Assembly (NCBI GenBank): GCA_951406725.2 | Contig: OX597824.1 | Location: forward strand, 48,298,001 to 48,362,000 | Direction of reading: 5' to 3' | DNA: 64,000 nt | Source of the DNA: Octopus vulgaris | Lineage: Eukaryota | Part shown: positions 26,444 through 37,669 of the stretch, one piece after another | Numbering within the stretch: position 1 is the first letter of the stretch | Layout of the letters: each line of letters starts with the position of its first letter | Notes under the pieces: model-generated | Databases searched by the model: none | The model's input: the letters and a program-made list of their open reading frames with translations, nothing else | What the model was told of the DNA's origin: nothing | Made by a program: the position numbers and the translations under genes

Positions 26444-26876
26444 CATTGTGTACCGCAATTTTTGTCCTAGGATAGCAAATTTTATTTCCTATTTGCTTTA
26501 CCCCAAGAAAGTATGAAAAATGGCTATTTCCTTCAAACTTTGCTTTTGTTACGAATGCAGCTATCAACGACGACTTTTCCACTTGGACAGCTAGAAGTAA
26601 ACTGAACTGATGAGCTTACGATCTTTGTATTTATACTGCCACCAGAACGTTCTTGAAACTTCTAGAATGTTCTACAAAATTCTGCTTCACCAACTCGGCG
26701 CTGACTCTGCCTGAAATGTAATGGAAAATAGGTCAGTTTCAAAACATTGATGTCCAGGTCACAAAAGTAATGCTTGAAGGGAATAGTAGTAATTTCCTTT
26801 GATTTCTTGATAGAAGCAAATAGGAAATAACTCTTACTGACCAAAGACAATAAATAAATAAATTTGTTACACAGTG
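26444..26876. mobile_element. MITE-like element with ~100-bp imperfect TIRs
   Basis: ttatttcctatttgctt (26482-26498) is the exact reverse complement of 26814-26830, and similarity extends both ways. Confidence 0.75.
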
Positions 26877-26989
26877 TGATCATTGTACAATTGTGTAATA
26901 TGCAATACTCAGTTATATAAGTATTGCATTATTATGTAGCTATTACATAATAATTATATAGATGGTAATGTTTTAAGAAGTGTATTCAT

Positions 26990-27140
26990 CCATTGAAACC
27001 ATGCCGAAGCAAACATTGGTGCACAACGCAGTTCTCAGGCCCGTCAGAGCCTGTCGAATCGTCCAGCTCATGTTAGCAAGGACGGACATTAAAAGATGAT
27101 AATGAAAATGATGATGATGATGATGATGAAGATGTTGATA

Positions 27141-27175
<35 letters not shown>

Positions 27176-27207
27176 GATGTTGATAGTGATGAGGATAATG
27201 ATGATGC
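26990..27207 (+). mobile_element. 3' end of a retroposon (RTE-type tail) with (GAT)n
   Basis: cctgtcgaatcgtccagctcatgttagcaaggacggacattaaaa followed by (gat)n. Confidence 0.55.
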
Positions 27208-27322
27208 CTAGGCTAACCAACCAACTACGGAAACACTATCAAACCAGTGAATGGCCAACATGGCCAGGTAAGCCTACAATCTGATGAGAAGTTGAGATTT
27301 TCATTCAGCAGTAGATCGACAA

Positions 27323-27626
27323 TGGCTGTGTAGTAAGTAGCTTGCTTACCAGCCACATGGTTCCGGGTTCAGTCCCACTGCGTGGTACCTTGGGCTAGTG
27401 TCTTCTACTATAGCCTCGGGCTGACCAAAGCCTTGTGAATGGATTTGGTAGACGGAAACTGAAAGAGGCTAGTCGTATGTACATATATATATGTACGACG
27501 GGCTTCTTTAAGTTACCGTCTACCAAATCCACTCACAAGGGTTCAGTCGGCCCGAGGCTACAGTAGAAGACACTTGATTAAGGTGCCACGCAATAGGACA
27601 AGCAAGCTACTTACTACTCAGCCACT

Positions 27627-27630
<4 letters not shown>
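27323..27630. mobile_element. Palindromic pair of SINE family B 5' halves
   Basis: Plus-strand half 27323-27478 and minus-strand half 27494-27630 meet at gtacatatatatatgtac. Confidence 0.92.
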
Positions 27631-27708
<78 letters not shown>

Positions 27709-27709
27709 C

Positions 27710-27741
<32 letters not shown>

Positions 27742-27948
27742 TATATATATGAAGAAAAGAAGAAGAAAAAAGAAGAAGAAGAAGAAGAAGAAGAAGAAGA
27801 AGAAGAAGAAGAAGAAGAAGAAGGAGAAGGAGAAAAAGAAGAAGAGGAAGAAGAAGAAAGAGAAGAAGGGGAAGAAGAAGAAGAAGAAGAAGAAGAAGAA
27901 GAAGAAGAAGAAGAAGAAGAAGAAGAAGAAGAAGAAGAAGAAGAAGAA
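27629..27948. repeat. (TA)n followed by long (GAA)n
   Basis: Direct reading; source of the poly-E, poly-K and poly-S ORFs. Confidence 0.95.
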
Positions 27949-27957
27949 AGCAAGAAG

Positions 27958-29170
27958 GTCTTTATTAATTACTAAGGGCTTTCAAAGATACTGGAGGCAT
28001 CACAGGATGATACAATGTAGGATTTACATGAAAGAGAGTATAAAAAAGGTGAATAACAGTTCCAAGGAAACAAATTCTAAACAATGTTCACTTGGACCAT
28101 GCCCACCACTCTCATCCACTTTGCAATAAATTTACTGGAAGGCAGCACTTCTCTCTTTACTCTTATTTTCCTTTTCAAGTGAAACTTGAAAAAGTTGATC
28201 AGGTTTGGCTAAAATGGGAGGTACCTGCCTTCAACCTTTTCAAACTGGTCCACCATTCAATCACTTTTGCTAAAACCATCAGGCAGATTAAGACTACCTG
28301 TCCTTCCCGGCAAAAGGAAGGCAGCGGGGTGATTTCATAGTGGACGATTTCACAATGGACAAGTGACAGTAGCTGTTCGACCTAACTCCACTTGTCAGCA
28401 ATCCTCGGATATTGGAGGAGTGTGTGGAAAATAGTTTCGCCGTATCGGAACAGGCCCGGCTAAGGGCCCTAACGTGTCCGTAGAGCTTATACCGAACCGG
28501 CAAGGACACCTCTACCCCGCCGGCTGTATTGCAAGGCGAGAAACTTTTGGTAATTAGTTGCAGACCTCGATTCGAATGTCCTCCGAAACAGACCAACCAT
28601 TTGTTTTTCATCGACGCCCATAGTCTCTTCGAGAATGGTGTCGCTCTTTACCGCCACTAATTTCTTATAGACGCCAATGAGAAACTTTCGTTGACCGCAT
28701 TGCCCAACTGGTAAAGGGTTATGAGCGCTTAACGAGTTTAAGATGCCAAGCGACCCAGGCCTGCAGCTTTATACAGGAGACGAGCTGTGGAAAACCCGAC
28801 CGACAAACGACGACCACACATATTCACTGTCTAGGAATTGCTGGAGATGTTACATCATCAGTTCTCCATTCAGCGGATGTTGACAATTAATGAAGCACCT
28901 GAATATTAGAATGCGATCCTTACACAGAAAGTGAAAGAGTAGGAGTAACTGTTTGGTCGGGCGCGAACTGGACTGTTAGGTGGATGTGATGTAAATATTT
29001 ACCACTTATGTCCGACTTTTCAGTGATAGCTTTCTTTCGGACCATTTCTGTTACCTCGTCCCAATTCTTCTTCACTTGGAAATCTAAATTAAACGAGACC
29101 CCGAGCAGTTTAACCGCTTCGTCTGACCAGCGCACCACGACGCTTTTGGACAATATGGACCTGCCTCTCG
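27958..29170 (-). mobile_element. 3' portion of a Tx1/L1-clade LINE
   Basis: RWSDEAVKLLGVSFNLDFQVKKNWDEV; LPVRYKLYGH...SRAC; INFFKFHLKRKIRVKREVL; 3'UTR ending agcccttagtaattaataaaga. Confidence 0.75.
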
Positions 29171-29319
29171 AGCGGCTAGCCCACTGACGTTTGCTGTTTG
29201 ATTTTTACTCCTGTCACCCCTTCGTAGTTTCTTAGAGCAACGCTGATCACAATTTGTGTCCGCTGTCCGACACGATGACGGTGAAATCGTCCACGTATGC
29301 TGACTTGGATCCTGAACGA

Positions 29320-29900
29320 TACTTCCAGAGGGATGAGAGGCAAATTTGACCTCGACAAGGTTTGTACTCAGAATGTAAATCACCGAGCGGACTAACGAAA
29401 TGTATTTCTTCTGACTCTCACAATCCTGCAAACCCTCCCGCCTAAAATAAGGGTTTCTAATTCAGGTACAAGGCAAGTAATTTTAAAGGATGGATGTTAG
29501 TCGATTGCATAGATCTCAATACTTAACTAGTACTTTATTTTACCGAGTCCGAAGGAACGGAAAAAACAAAGTCAACCTCGGCAGGATTCGAACTCATAGT
29601 GTCAAAACCGGAACAAATGCAACAAAGTATTTTTTCGACGCTCTAATGATTCTGACAATCCATTATATTCTCGCTGTTTCTAATATATAATAGGTACAAG
29701 GCCAGGAATTTAGTGGGTGGGAATAGTCGTCACCATCGACCTCAGTTCTTGGACCTGTAGTCAATTTTATCGATCTTGGAGAGAGGGAAATGCAAATCCA
29801 ACCTTGTCGGAATTCGAACTTAGAACGTAAATAACAGAAATGAATGTCACAATGGATTATTTTTTTACCTTCCGCTCTGATAATTCTGCCAATTCAGCGC
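29320..29900 (-). mobile_element. Three tandem decayed SINE family A copies
   Basis: Core and B-box remnants near 29340, 29570 and 29795. Confidence 0.75.
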
Positions 29901-29959
29901 TGTTTCAAATACTATGAATGATTTTAAACTACACAAGAAAAGACATCTAACTAGAATCT

Positions 29960-30500
29960 TCCACTCAGCAGGGATATCAAAACAAGTAAACAGTGAGATA
30001 AATCGTAAAGCTACCCTATAAAAAGGTAGATATATTAAAACTGAATAATATTTATATTTAGAATTATCAATTATAGTAATTTAGTTTTAGAAGTTGAAAT
30101 CAAAGAATTAGAGCACAACCACTCGTGAAAATACTTGAGAATAAATGAAAATGATAAGACAGAGCATAGAAAAATTTAAGAGAAAAATAGACTAGAGTAG
30201 GGTAGAAAAATCAGATGACTAACTGGAAAAAGAGAGAAAAAAACCGATCTCGTTGACAGAAATAGATCATTGATATAAATACATTAGGCTTCCAAGTCAT
30301 AATTTACCGCTTCAATATAATAAATTGGGAGTTAAATGAAGTGTAAAACCAGAAAACTACTCACTACATTTTGGGTTCACCATCACAAAGATTACATAGA
30401 CAACACATACACCTACCATGCGCGCGTGCACTACACACCCGATCCCATCGGAATAGACAAAAATAATTATGGAGTATCGACACGGAGTTTAGAATAAAAC
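29960..30500 (+). mobile_element. Decayed R4/Dong-like RT C-terminal fragment
   Basis: Interrupted frames give KATL*KGR, EIKELEHNHS*KYLRINE and VIIYRFNIINW. Confidence 0.55.
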
Positions 30501-31339
30501 TTAGAAGCCAGCAAAGTTAAACAATTTGCAGAATAAGAGAATATGACAAGAACGCAAACATTATTTTATCTTTTTTATATATAAATATAACAAGAAAAAA
30601 TGAAGTGCCAACTAGAGGCTAAGTACACAAATTAAAAAAAAAGGAAGAAAACTATAAAAGAAGATTAAGAAAAATAAACGATAAAAACCAAAGCAGAACT
30701 CATAAAAATCTAAAAATAAAATAGAGTAATAAAATGCCATGGTTAGAGAAAGTGTGAGTCAATAAAAATAAAACTAATAACGGTTGAAAAAGCTTTAAAC
30801 TAAAGGCAAATAACGGAAGGCCAAATTTAACCAGTACAAGATCAATGCTTAACCGCAGAAAAATATACATATCAGCTTCGGAAAAAATAGTTTGCGGCAT
30901 TTCTTCCGAGTTATCGTTTCGAGTTCAAATACTGTCGGGGTCGATTTTTCCTTTTCATCCTTTCGGGGTCGAAAAATAAGAACCATTTATCGATTTGCAC
31001 CCAGTCCCTGAAACCAATATCAAGTGCAGGCTACGCTATTAACACAAATCAACACTAGCCATCAATCATCTCGTTTCCGGCAGTTCAGTCCTTCAAAGAC
31101 CAAATATATTTACAAACACGATAGGCCAAAGTAGCTAAATTTTTTAAACAACTGAAAATAAATGATACGCTGTGGAATATGCACGTCCAAACAAACAAGG
31201 ATATCAAATTCTAGTGATCGGGTATCACAATCAAATAAAAAGCGGAAAAAATTTTGCCATTCGACTGACATTTTGAGTTTTTCCGATGAAAATATATTAG
31301 CCGGAAGGGCGTCTAAATGGAAATATGCAAAATATTGGG

Positions 31340-32420
31340 TCAGTAAGTTAAACAATTTTGTAGAATAAGAGACAAAAAGAGGCGTGGAAGGTTAGCTGAA
31401 GACGAAGATATCCAGAACAATGCAGTGCACCTTGGAAAGAAGAACGTTGAATATTGATTTCAAATTTTGGCAATTTGAAGGGAGGAGTTAAGTCAATCAC
31501 ATAGACCCAAGAGCTCAACTGGTACTTATTTTATCGACCTCCAAAAGGATGAAAGGCAAAATCAACCTCGGCGGAATTTGAACTCAGAACGTAGAGACAG
31601 ACGAAATGTCATTAAGTATTTTGCCCGGCATGCTAAAGATTCCACCAGATCGCCGTCTCAAGAATGTTGAATATTCTTTTTTACTCCTAGACACAAGGCC
31701 TGAACTATTTGAGGAGGCTGCAAGTCGATTAGATCAACCTCAATACGCAACTAGTACTTAATTTATCGACTCCGAAAGAATGAAAGGCAAAGTCGACCTC
31801 GGCGGAATTTGAATTCAGAACGTAAAGACAGATGAAATACCTATTTCTTTACTACACACAAGGGGCTAAACACAGAGAGGACAAACAAGGACAGACAAAT
31901 GGATTAAGTCGATTATATCGACCCCAGTGCGTAACTGGTACTTATTTAATCGATCACGAAAGGATGAAAGGCAAAGTCGACCTCGGCTGAATTTGAACTC
32001 AGAACGTAACCGCAGACGAAATACCACTAAGCATTTCGCCCGGCGTGCTAACGTTTCTACCAGCTCGCCGTCTTAAGAATGTTGAATATTATGTTGAAGA
32101 TAGAATGAAATGTGCAGAGATATGAAGGAAGATAGCAGTTAGAGATACACTTCATGAAATAAAAATAAAATGGAGGTAAGCACGTCCTTGAGTCAGGGCA
32201 GAGAACAGTAGATGGTTAATGAAAACCATGGAATGGATTCATGAGAGAGATTGAGGAAAAGAAGCAGAAAAAAAGGAGGTGTGTGTGTGTGGGGTGGGGA
32301 GGTCGTTGTCGAAGAATATTTGAAGGCGATGAAGGAAGGTACAAGACTGGCTAAGAGCAGAATAACAACAGACGGAAAGAGAGCATGAGGATGGTTCTGT
32401 CCAGCAGTGAACTACCACAT
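31340..32420 (+). mobile_element. Decayed RTE-clade LINE 3' end interrupted by SINEs
   Basis: LERRTLNI before the inserts; EIKIKWR, NSRWLMKTMEW and VQQ*T after them, resembling RTE C-termini. Confidence 0.6.
31456..32074 (-). mobile_element. Stack of three SINE family A units
   Basis: Units 31456-31659, 31676-31841 and 31842-32074; aagaa(c/t)gttgaatatt at 31440, 31660 and 32075. Confidence 0.92.
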
Positions 32421-32829
32421 CCTAACAGAAAGAGAAAGAAAAAAAAAGAACAAAGGCAAAATCTTTAAAATTACACCAGGGTTCACCATTTTATATACAC
32501 AGGGAGGATAAATCTATATAAGGATCGTAGTTTTGCGCACACTTTCTAAGCCATACTGGGAGCCACCATTTTATATGCAGTCACAAAACCCATACTTTAA
32601 GGCCACTATTTTATATACAATCCCAAAAGATATAGGTGTGGAGGGTGATGTCACTATTTCATAAGGTGATCACTATTTCACACTCAGAGTAAAATAGTAA
32701 GCCAATGGGCCACAGAAATCAAAACTGCTTTTTAACACTAAAGCTAGTGTTTCTCTCTGTTGTGAGTCCATAGACAGAAATTGAGATTAGAACCAACACA
32801 TTTTCATCTACACTACAGCAAATTCTAAA

Positions 32830-34060
32830 GATGGTAGGACCTCTTTCTCTTAATTTTCACACTCTGTCTTTAATGACGCTTGAAGAAAGTTGAAGACTTC
32901 ACCGAAGGGAAAAAGCGTCGACTTTAGACTTTTCAAAAGTCTCCATCATTTTAACTATTTATTCAGCCAAAGGAAAACAGATTGCACTTCCTTGTTAAAA
33001 AAAGGATGCAGACCTAGTTAATAGCTAGGTCTGTACCACATGCTGTGACAGCTATTCCATATAGTTCATAATTCAGCAAATCAGTAATCTTCGGACACTG
33101 AGCTAGTACATGGCAAACGATTTCGTCATTTTCTGTACATCAATAACAGTTCCTACTGTCGCGCTTGTGAGCTCATCTAGAAGCGGCAGTTATCCCTTCA
33201 CTCCGGTAGCAGTCCATAGTCAAGGATCTTCGCGAATTGTTCTTAATCAAGAGTTTACAGAAAATTGTGCTGTGTGCATCAAATACGCCCAAGGAATTTC
33301 CGAGCTCATATCCATCATAATTCTGTATTGAATGTAAGGGTAACATTTCACTGAACGTATTTCCCATCTGTTAAGGAATTGCAAATAACAGGCAACACTC
33401 GAGATGCCAAACACCAATTGTGGGTTTACAAACGCAATACTTACAAAACACTAGCCAACAAACATAAAAGATTTCTTATAACAAATAGACGAAAAATGAA
33501 AGTAATATCTGGAACAAGAAAGAAATGTAGATGTAATTTATAAATACCACCCTGCACTCCCCAAAACACTAAGAAATGAAAGTGAATTGAAAGTGAATCT
33601 TCGAAGACTGGAAATAGAATCTCTGGACTCTTCAAACCAAAATATCACCTGGAAAGAAGTCGAAAAATGATCGGAATGAGTAGGTCCTAAAATGGAAATA
33701 TAAAATATGCAGGATGTTGTATGTGAAAGTAAATACAGTACAAATAATAAACAGAATATTAAATATGATAAACAACCTGTCAGCTCCCACCCCATAGAAG
33801 CTATACTCGGATTCAAAAGTCGCTCTGCTAGGCCCATCCCACATACTCCGCAAGACGCAGTTGCATTCACAATAAACTGTTTGCACAAGTCACTTTTTGT
33901 ACAGCACACAACTCAGTTATCGTCCAGTAAGATAACATAACATATCCTGTCACACAGAAAACTAACGTAGCATTCGAAGCAACATAGCGAACCCCACAGC
34001 TGGGCAACACAGATGTAGCATGCAAACGCAGCTCTCTACATCTAAATGGACAATGGTACG
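32830..34060 (-). mobile_element. Decayed Tx1/L1-clade LINE ORF2 C-terminal region
   Basis: NNSRRSLTMDCYRS, LPLLDEL and TENDEIVCHVLAQCPKITDL (zf-RVT-like); parallels the 27958-29170 element. Confidence 0.6.
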
Positions 34061-34154
34061 CACCTCTTTTATCAACATAATGCTAGCCCAACTGTATCAG
34101 AAAATTCTATCAAATTATTGGTATTTTCAATAAAAGAAAAAATGCAACAAGTAT

Positions 34155-34550
34155 AGGCGTAGGAGAGGCTGTGTGATAAGTAGCTTGCTAACGAACCACA
34201 TGGTTCAGGGTTCAGTCCCACTGTGTGGCACCTCGGGCAAGTGTCTTCTACTATAGCCTCGGGCCGACCAAAGCCTTGTGAGTGGATTTGCTAGACGGAA
34301 ACCGAAAGAAGCCCGTCGTATATATGTATGTGTGTGTATATGTTTGCGTGTCTGTATTTGTCCCCCCAACATCGCTTGACAACCGATATTGGTGTGTTTA
34401 CGTCCCCGTAACTTAGCGATTCGGCAAAAGAGACCGATAGAATAAGTACTAAGCTTACAAAGAATAAGTCCTGGGGTCGATTTGTTCGACCAAAGGCGGT
34501 GCTCCAGCATGGCCACAGTCACATGACTGAAACAAATAAAAGAGCAAAAG
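34155..34550 (+). mobile_element. Full-length SINE family B (tRNA head, CORE-like domain, microsatellite, 3' tail)
   Basis: B-box GGTTCAGTCCC, ggcacctcgggcaagtgtctt, tail gctccagcatggccacagtcacatgactgaaacaaataaaagag. Confidence 0.92.
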
Positions 34551-35397
34551 AGTAAGTCTATTGAAAGCAACCCACTCATTGTATGATTACAACGTCCTTT
34601 GTATGTTATACTACTATAATTTGTTTCAAATATAAACTGAAGAACAAGTAGCTTTTTTCTAAAATATCTCCTCAGGGACATTTATGAAGATATTTTGTGG
34701 CAGATGTATCTCTGATAAAAGTCATTAAGAAATTTTCTACTCAGTCGAATACAATAGTTAATAACTAGAGGAATCAGCTTTTGGGAAAAAGCCGAATCAG
34801 TGTTCGTCAGTTTAGTCCCGGTCAATTAGTCGCTGGTATTTAGGATTGTTCCATATGGGTGTCACTTCTTGCTCTGCTTCCTTCACTTTCTGCAATGTTC
34901 TCAAAACCAACCAATAAGATCCATCTTCATCATATGGAGGTGGTTGCTTTCTTTTCCCTCGTGTTTTTTTTTTTTGGCTTGTTTTATTTTCTGGCAATTT
35001 TCCAATTTCTATCTAAACTGGCTAATGTTTTCTCTGTTTTACAATTAGATAAGTATAATAAACCCCACCACACACATGTGTGTTTATATGTGTGTGTTTG
35101 TGTATATATGTATGTATGTACAAATACTTGTATATACAAATATGAATATATGTTTGTGTATTTATATTTATGTATGTATTCAAGTAGGAACTGGCTTTTA
35201 ACGAAGAAAATTGGGGTAAGTTCAATTTGTGACAGGATTAATAAATGCCTTAACCCTGAGCAGTTTGTTTCTTCTTCTTCTTCTTCTTCTTCTTCTTCTT
35301 CTTCTACAACAACTGTCATCATCACCCTACCTACCCCTCTCCCTCCCCAACACCACCATCACTGCCGCCGTCATCATCACCAGCTTCCGTAACCAAA

Positions 35398-35448
35398 ACC
35401 ACCACCACCACCACCACCACCACCACCACCACCACCACCACCACCACC

Positions 35449-35532
<84 letters not shown>
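35398..35532. repeat. (CAC)n(TAC)n compound microsatellite
   Basis: Direct reading. Confidence 0.95.
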
Positions 35533-35533
<1 letters not shown>

Positions 35534-36830
35534 TCGATCTCTTGTTCTGTTTTTCCACAAATTACTGCAATAACGTCAAGATTAGCGATTCTTGTAATGA
35601 TTCCGAAACAGCATAGGTTTATAACAAATAGTAAGCAACACTAATATAAACTATTGAAAGCAAACCACGTACTTAGCAATTACTGCGTCCGCTGGTGTGT
35701 GCATGCTCCGCACTGCTAACAGAACGCCGCTTAAATCAACGATGTATCTATCAATACAGAGATCGTCTGCTACATACCATATCAGCTGTCATGATGGAGG
35801 TGTAGCAAGGTCTAATCTATTTGTATACATTTAGTGGGAAGGACGAATTCAGTCAATATCATTTTATATTTTTTCTCTCTAGGGGTTCATTATCGATCGA
35901 TTGATCTTTATACTTACTACTTTTACACCCATATACATCTGCACACGCTTACGTATACACGTTTAAACTTATACACTCTCATACATAAATGCTTGTACAT
36001 TTATTTTTAGACATATACACATCAGTTTTTACAACAAACCTTAGTGTTTGTATGTAGTTAGTGTAGTAGGATGGGTTTGTTTGCATACGTACGATTATAT
36101 GTATAGATATGTCGATATGTATAACTTTTCAGGCAAATGTATGTGTGTGTGTGAGAGATCAATGTGGACATGTGTGTATATTTACGTAACCGACAAATTG
36201 TCTAGTTGAATTTATTATTTATACAATAAAATTGTAATAGCTAAAAACTGTCAGATGAGCAAGCATAAAGAGAAAATATTCTTTTATGTGCTAAACAAAT
36301 GGGTGTTGTTTCTCAAACATGGCCGCAATCTTTTTGTTTGGTTTGTTACTTAGTGCAATACAAAAGAACAATAAAGATGACTAGGCCAAAGCTGTAGAAA
36401 CATCGACTCACTGGGTCGAACTCTACTCAGTTCAGTCGTCATTCGATCGGGGGATGAATAATCGTAGTAACTGCATAGCTGCTATATTTCACGCCTCTAT
36501 TCAACCGGTCATTATCATTCATAACTTCAAAATAGAACGGAAGCATGAGAGCATGTATGGCTGAATCGCTGGTGTGCCAAGCACCGAACCGAGAGTTTGG
36601 TGGTTCGATACTAACTGGCTTTCTTTATTGGTAGACATATCATTGGCTACTACACTGCAGAGCATGCGCATAACAATGGAATGAGTAATCTCTCAGTACG
36701 CAGTTTCCTTTCTATACATATATTGGTGTTGATGGCTGTTTGTTATAACCCTATGCTGTTTCGGAATCAGTACAAAAATTGCTAATCTTGATGTTATTGC
36801 AGTAATTAGTGGAAAGTGAACTAGTCGATT
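35533..36830. mobile_element. Non-autonomous DNA-transposon-like element with ~180-bp inverted ends
   Basis: 35533-35716 is an imperfect reverse complement of about 36652-36830 (attactgcaataac.tcaagattagc...tgattccgaaacagcatagg.ttataacaaa). Confidence 0.75.
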
Positions 36831-36949
36831 TCTGCGTAAATAGTTGCTGCATGTAGGAATAACATTCCACCGAAGATATTTCGTTAGTCCGACTAAATAA
36901 AGTGTCCGTAATATATCCAAGTTTCCTCATTGTCATGACCTTGATGAAG

Positions 36950-37669
36950 CTAAGGACCAGATTGAATTTCTGAAAATGAATGTCTCAAGGGAAAATCTGG
37001 GTAAGGAGTAACTCAATATATGGTCTGAATGCGTATAAATTTCTAAATGCACTCAAGGATCACGTGGTGATGTTAAAGTGACTGACGTATTAGACCAGGG
37101 TAGAGTTTTACAAAGTTATTGGCTTGCTGTATCATTGGATCTGGACTTTGGCTCTAATTACAGATTGTATATGATGTGTGGGGATTTTTTGTAGGTTTGG
37201 TCCAGAAGAAGGACCTTCAGAGGATGGTGAGATTGTTACCGTTGATACCCTGCTTAAATTGTTGCAAGTTGACGGTAGCAGAATGTATGTACAAAGTGGG
37301 CATTGCAAAGAGCCGATGTCCTTGAAGAAAGGACTGAATCTAATGGTTATTGTGGAGGAGGTAAAAAAATACAAAAAGGGTGTTAAGTTGTGAAAAATAA
37401 ATGCAGACATTAAACGAATACCGGACAATATAGAATGTGAGGAACTGTTGGAGAAATATGGTATTGATGTGATAAAAGGACTCCCAAGGAAGTAAGTGAT
37501 GCTGCTTGAGGTGGGGCAAGCAGCACATTTCCATTTTCTCATTGAATTTTTCATTCATATTATCATATTTATAATTTTATTTGAATTTTATTTGAATTTT
37601 GTGTTATATGTCCCCACATGTGCTTGTGTTGTCCCCTCTTTGTTGGCCCTTTGTGGGCAATAAAGAAAC
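36950..37669 (+). mobile_element. Decayed 3' end of a probable Tx1/L1-like LINE with 3'UTR
   Basis: Scattered motifs WSEC, DVWGF, VGIAK, KGL; ends ttgtcccctctttgttggccctttgtgggcAATAAAgaaac. Confidence 0.5.

Noticed and set aside
26606-26630. CTGATGAG as a hammerhead core (also 27281)
   Set aside because: No stem II or properly placed GAAA follows.
27574-28129. Poly-Glu and poly-Lys ORFs
   Set aside because: Product of the (GAA)n tract.
31440-32090. Three 16-bp direct repeats as a CRISPR-like array
   Set aside because: The spacers are 200-400-bp SINEs and the DNA is eukaryotic; these are TSDs.
33110-33940. Cluster of ORFs suggesting a host exon
   Set aside because: Minus-strand motifs parallel the Tx1-like LINE at 27958-29170.
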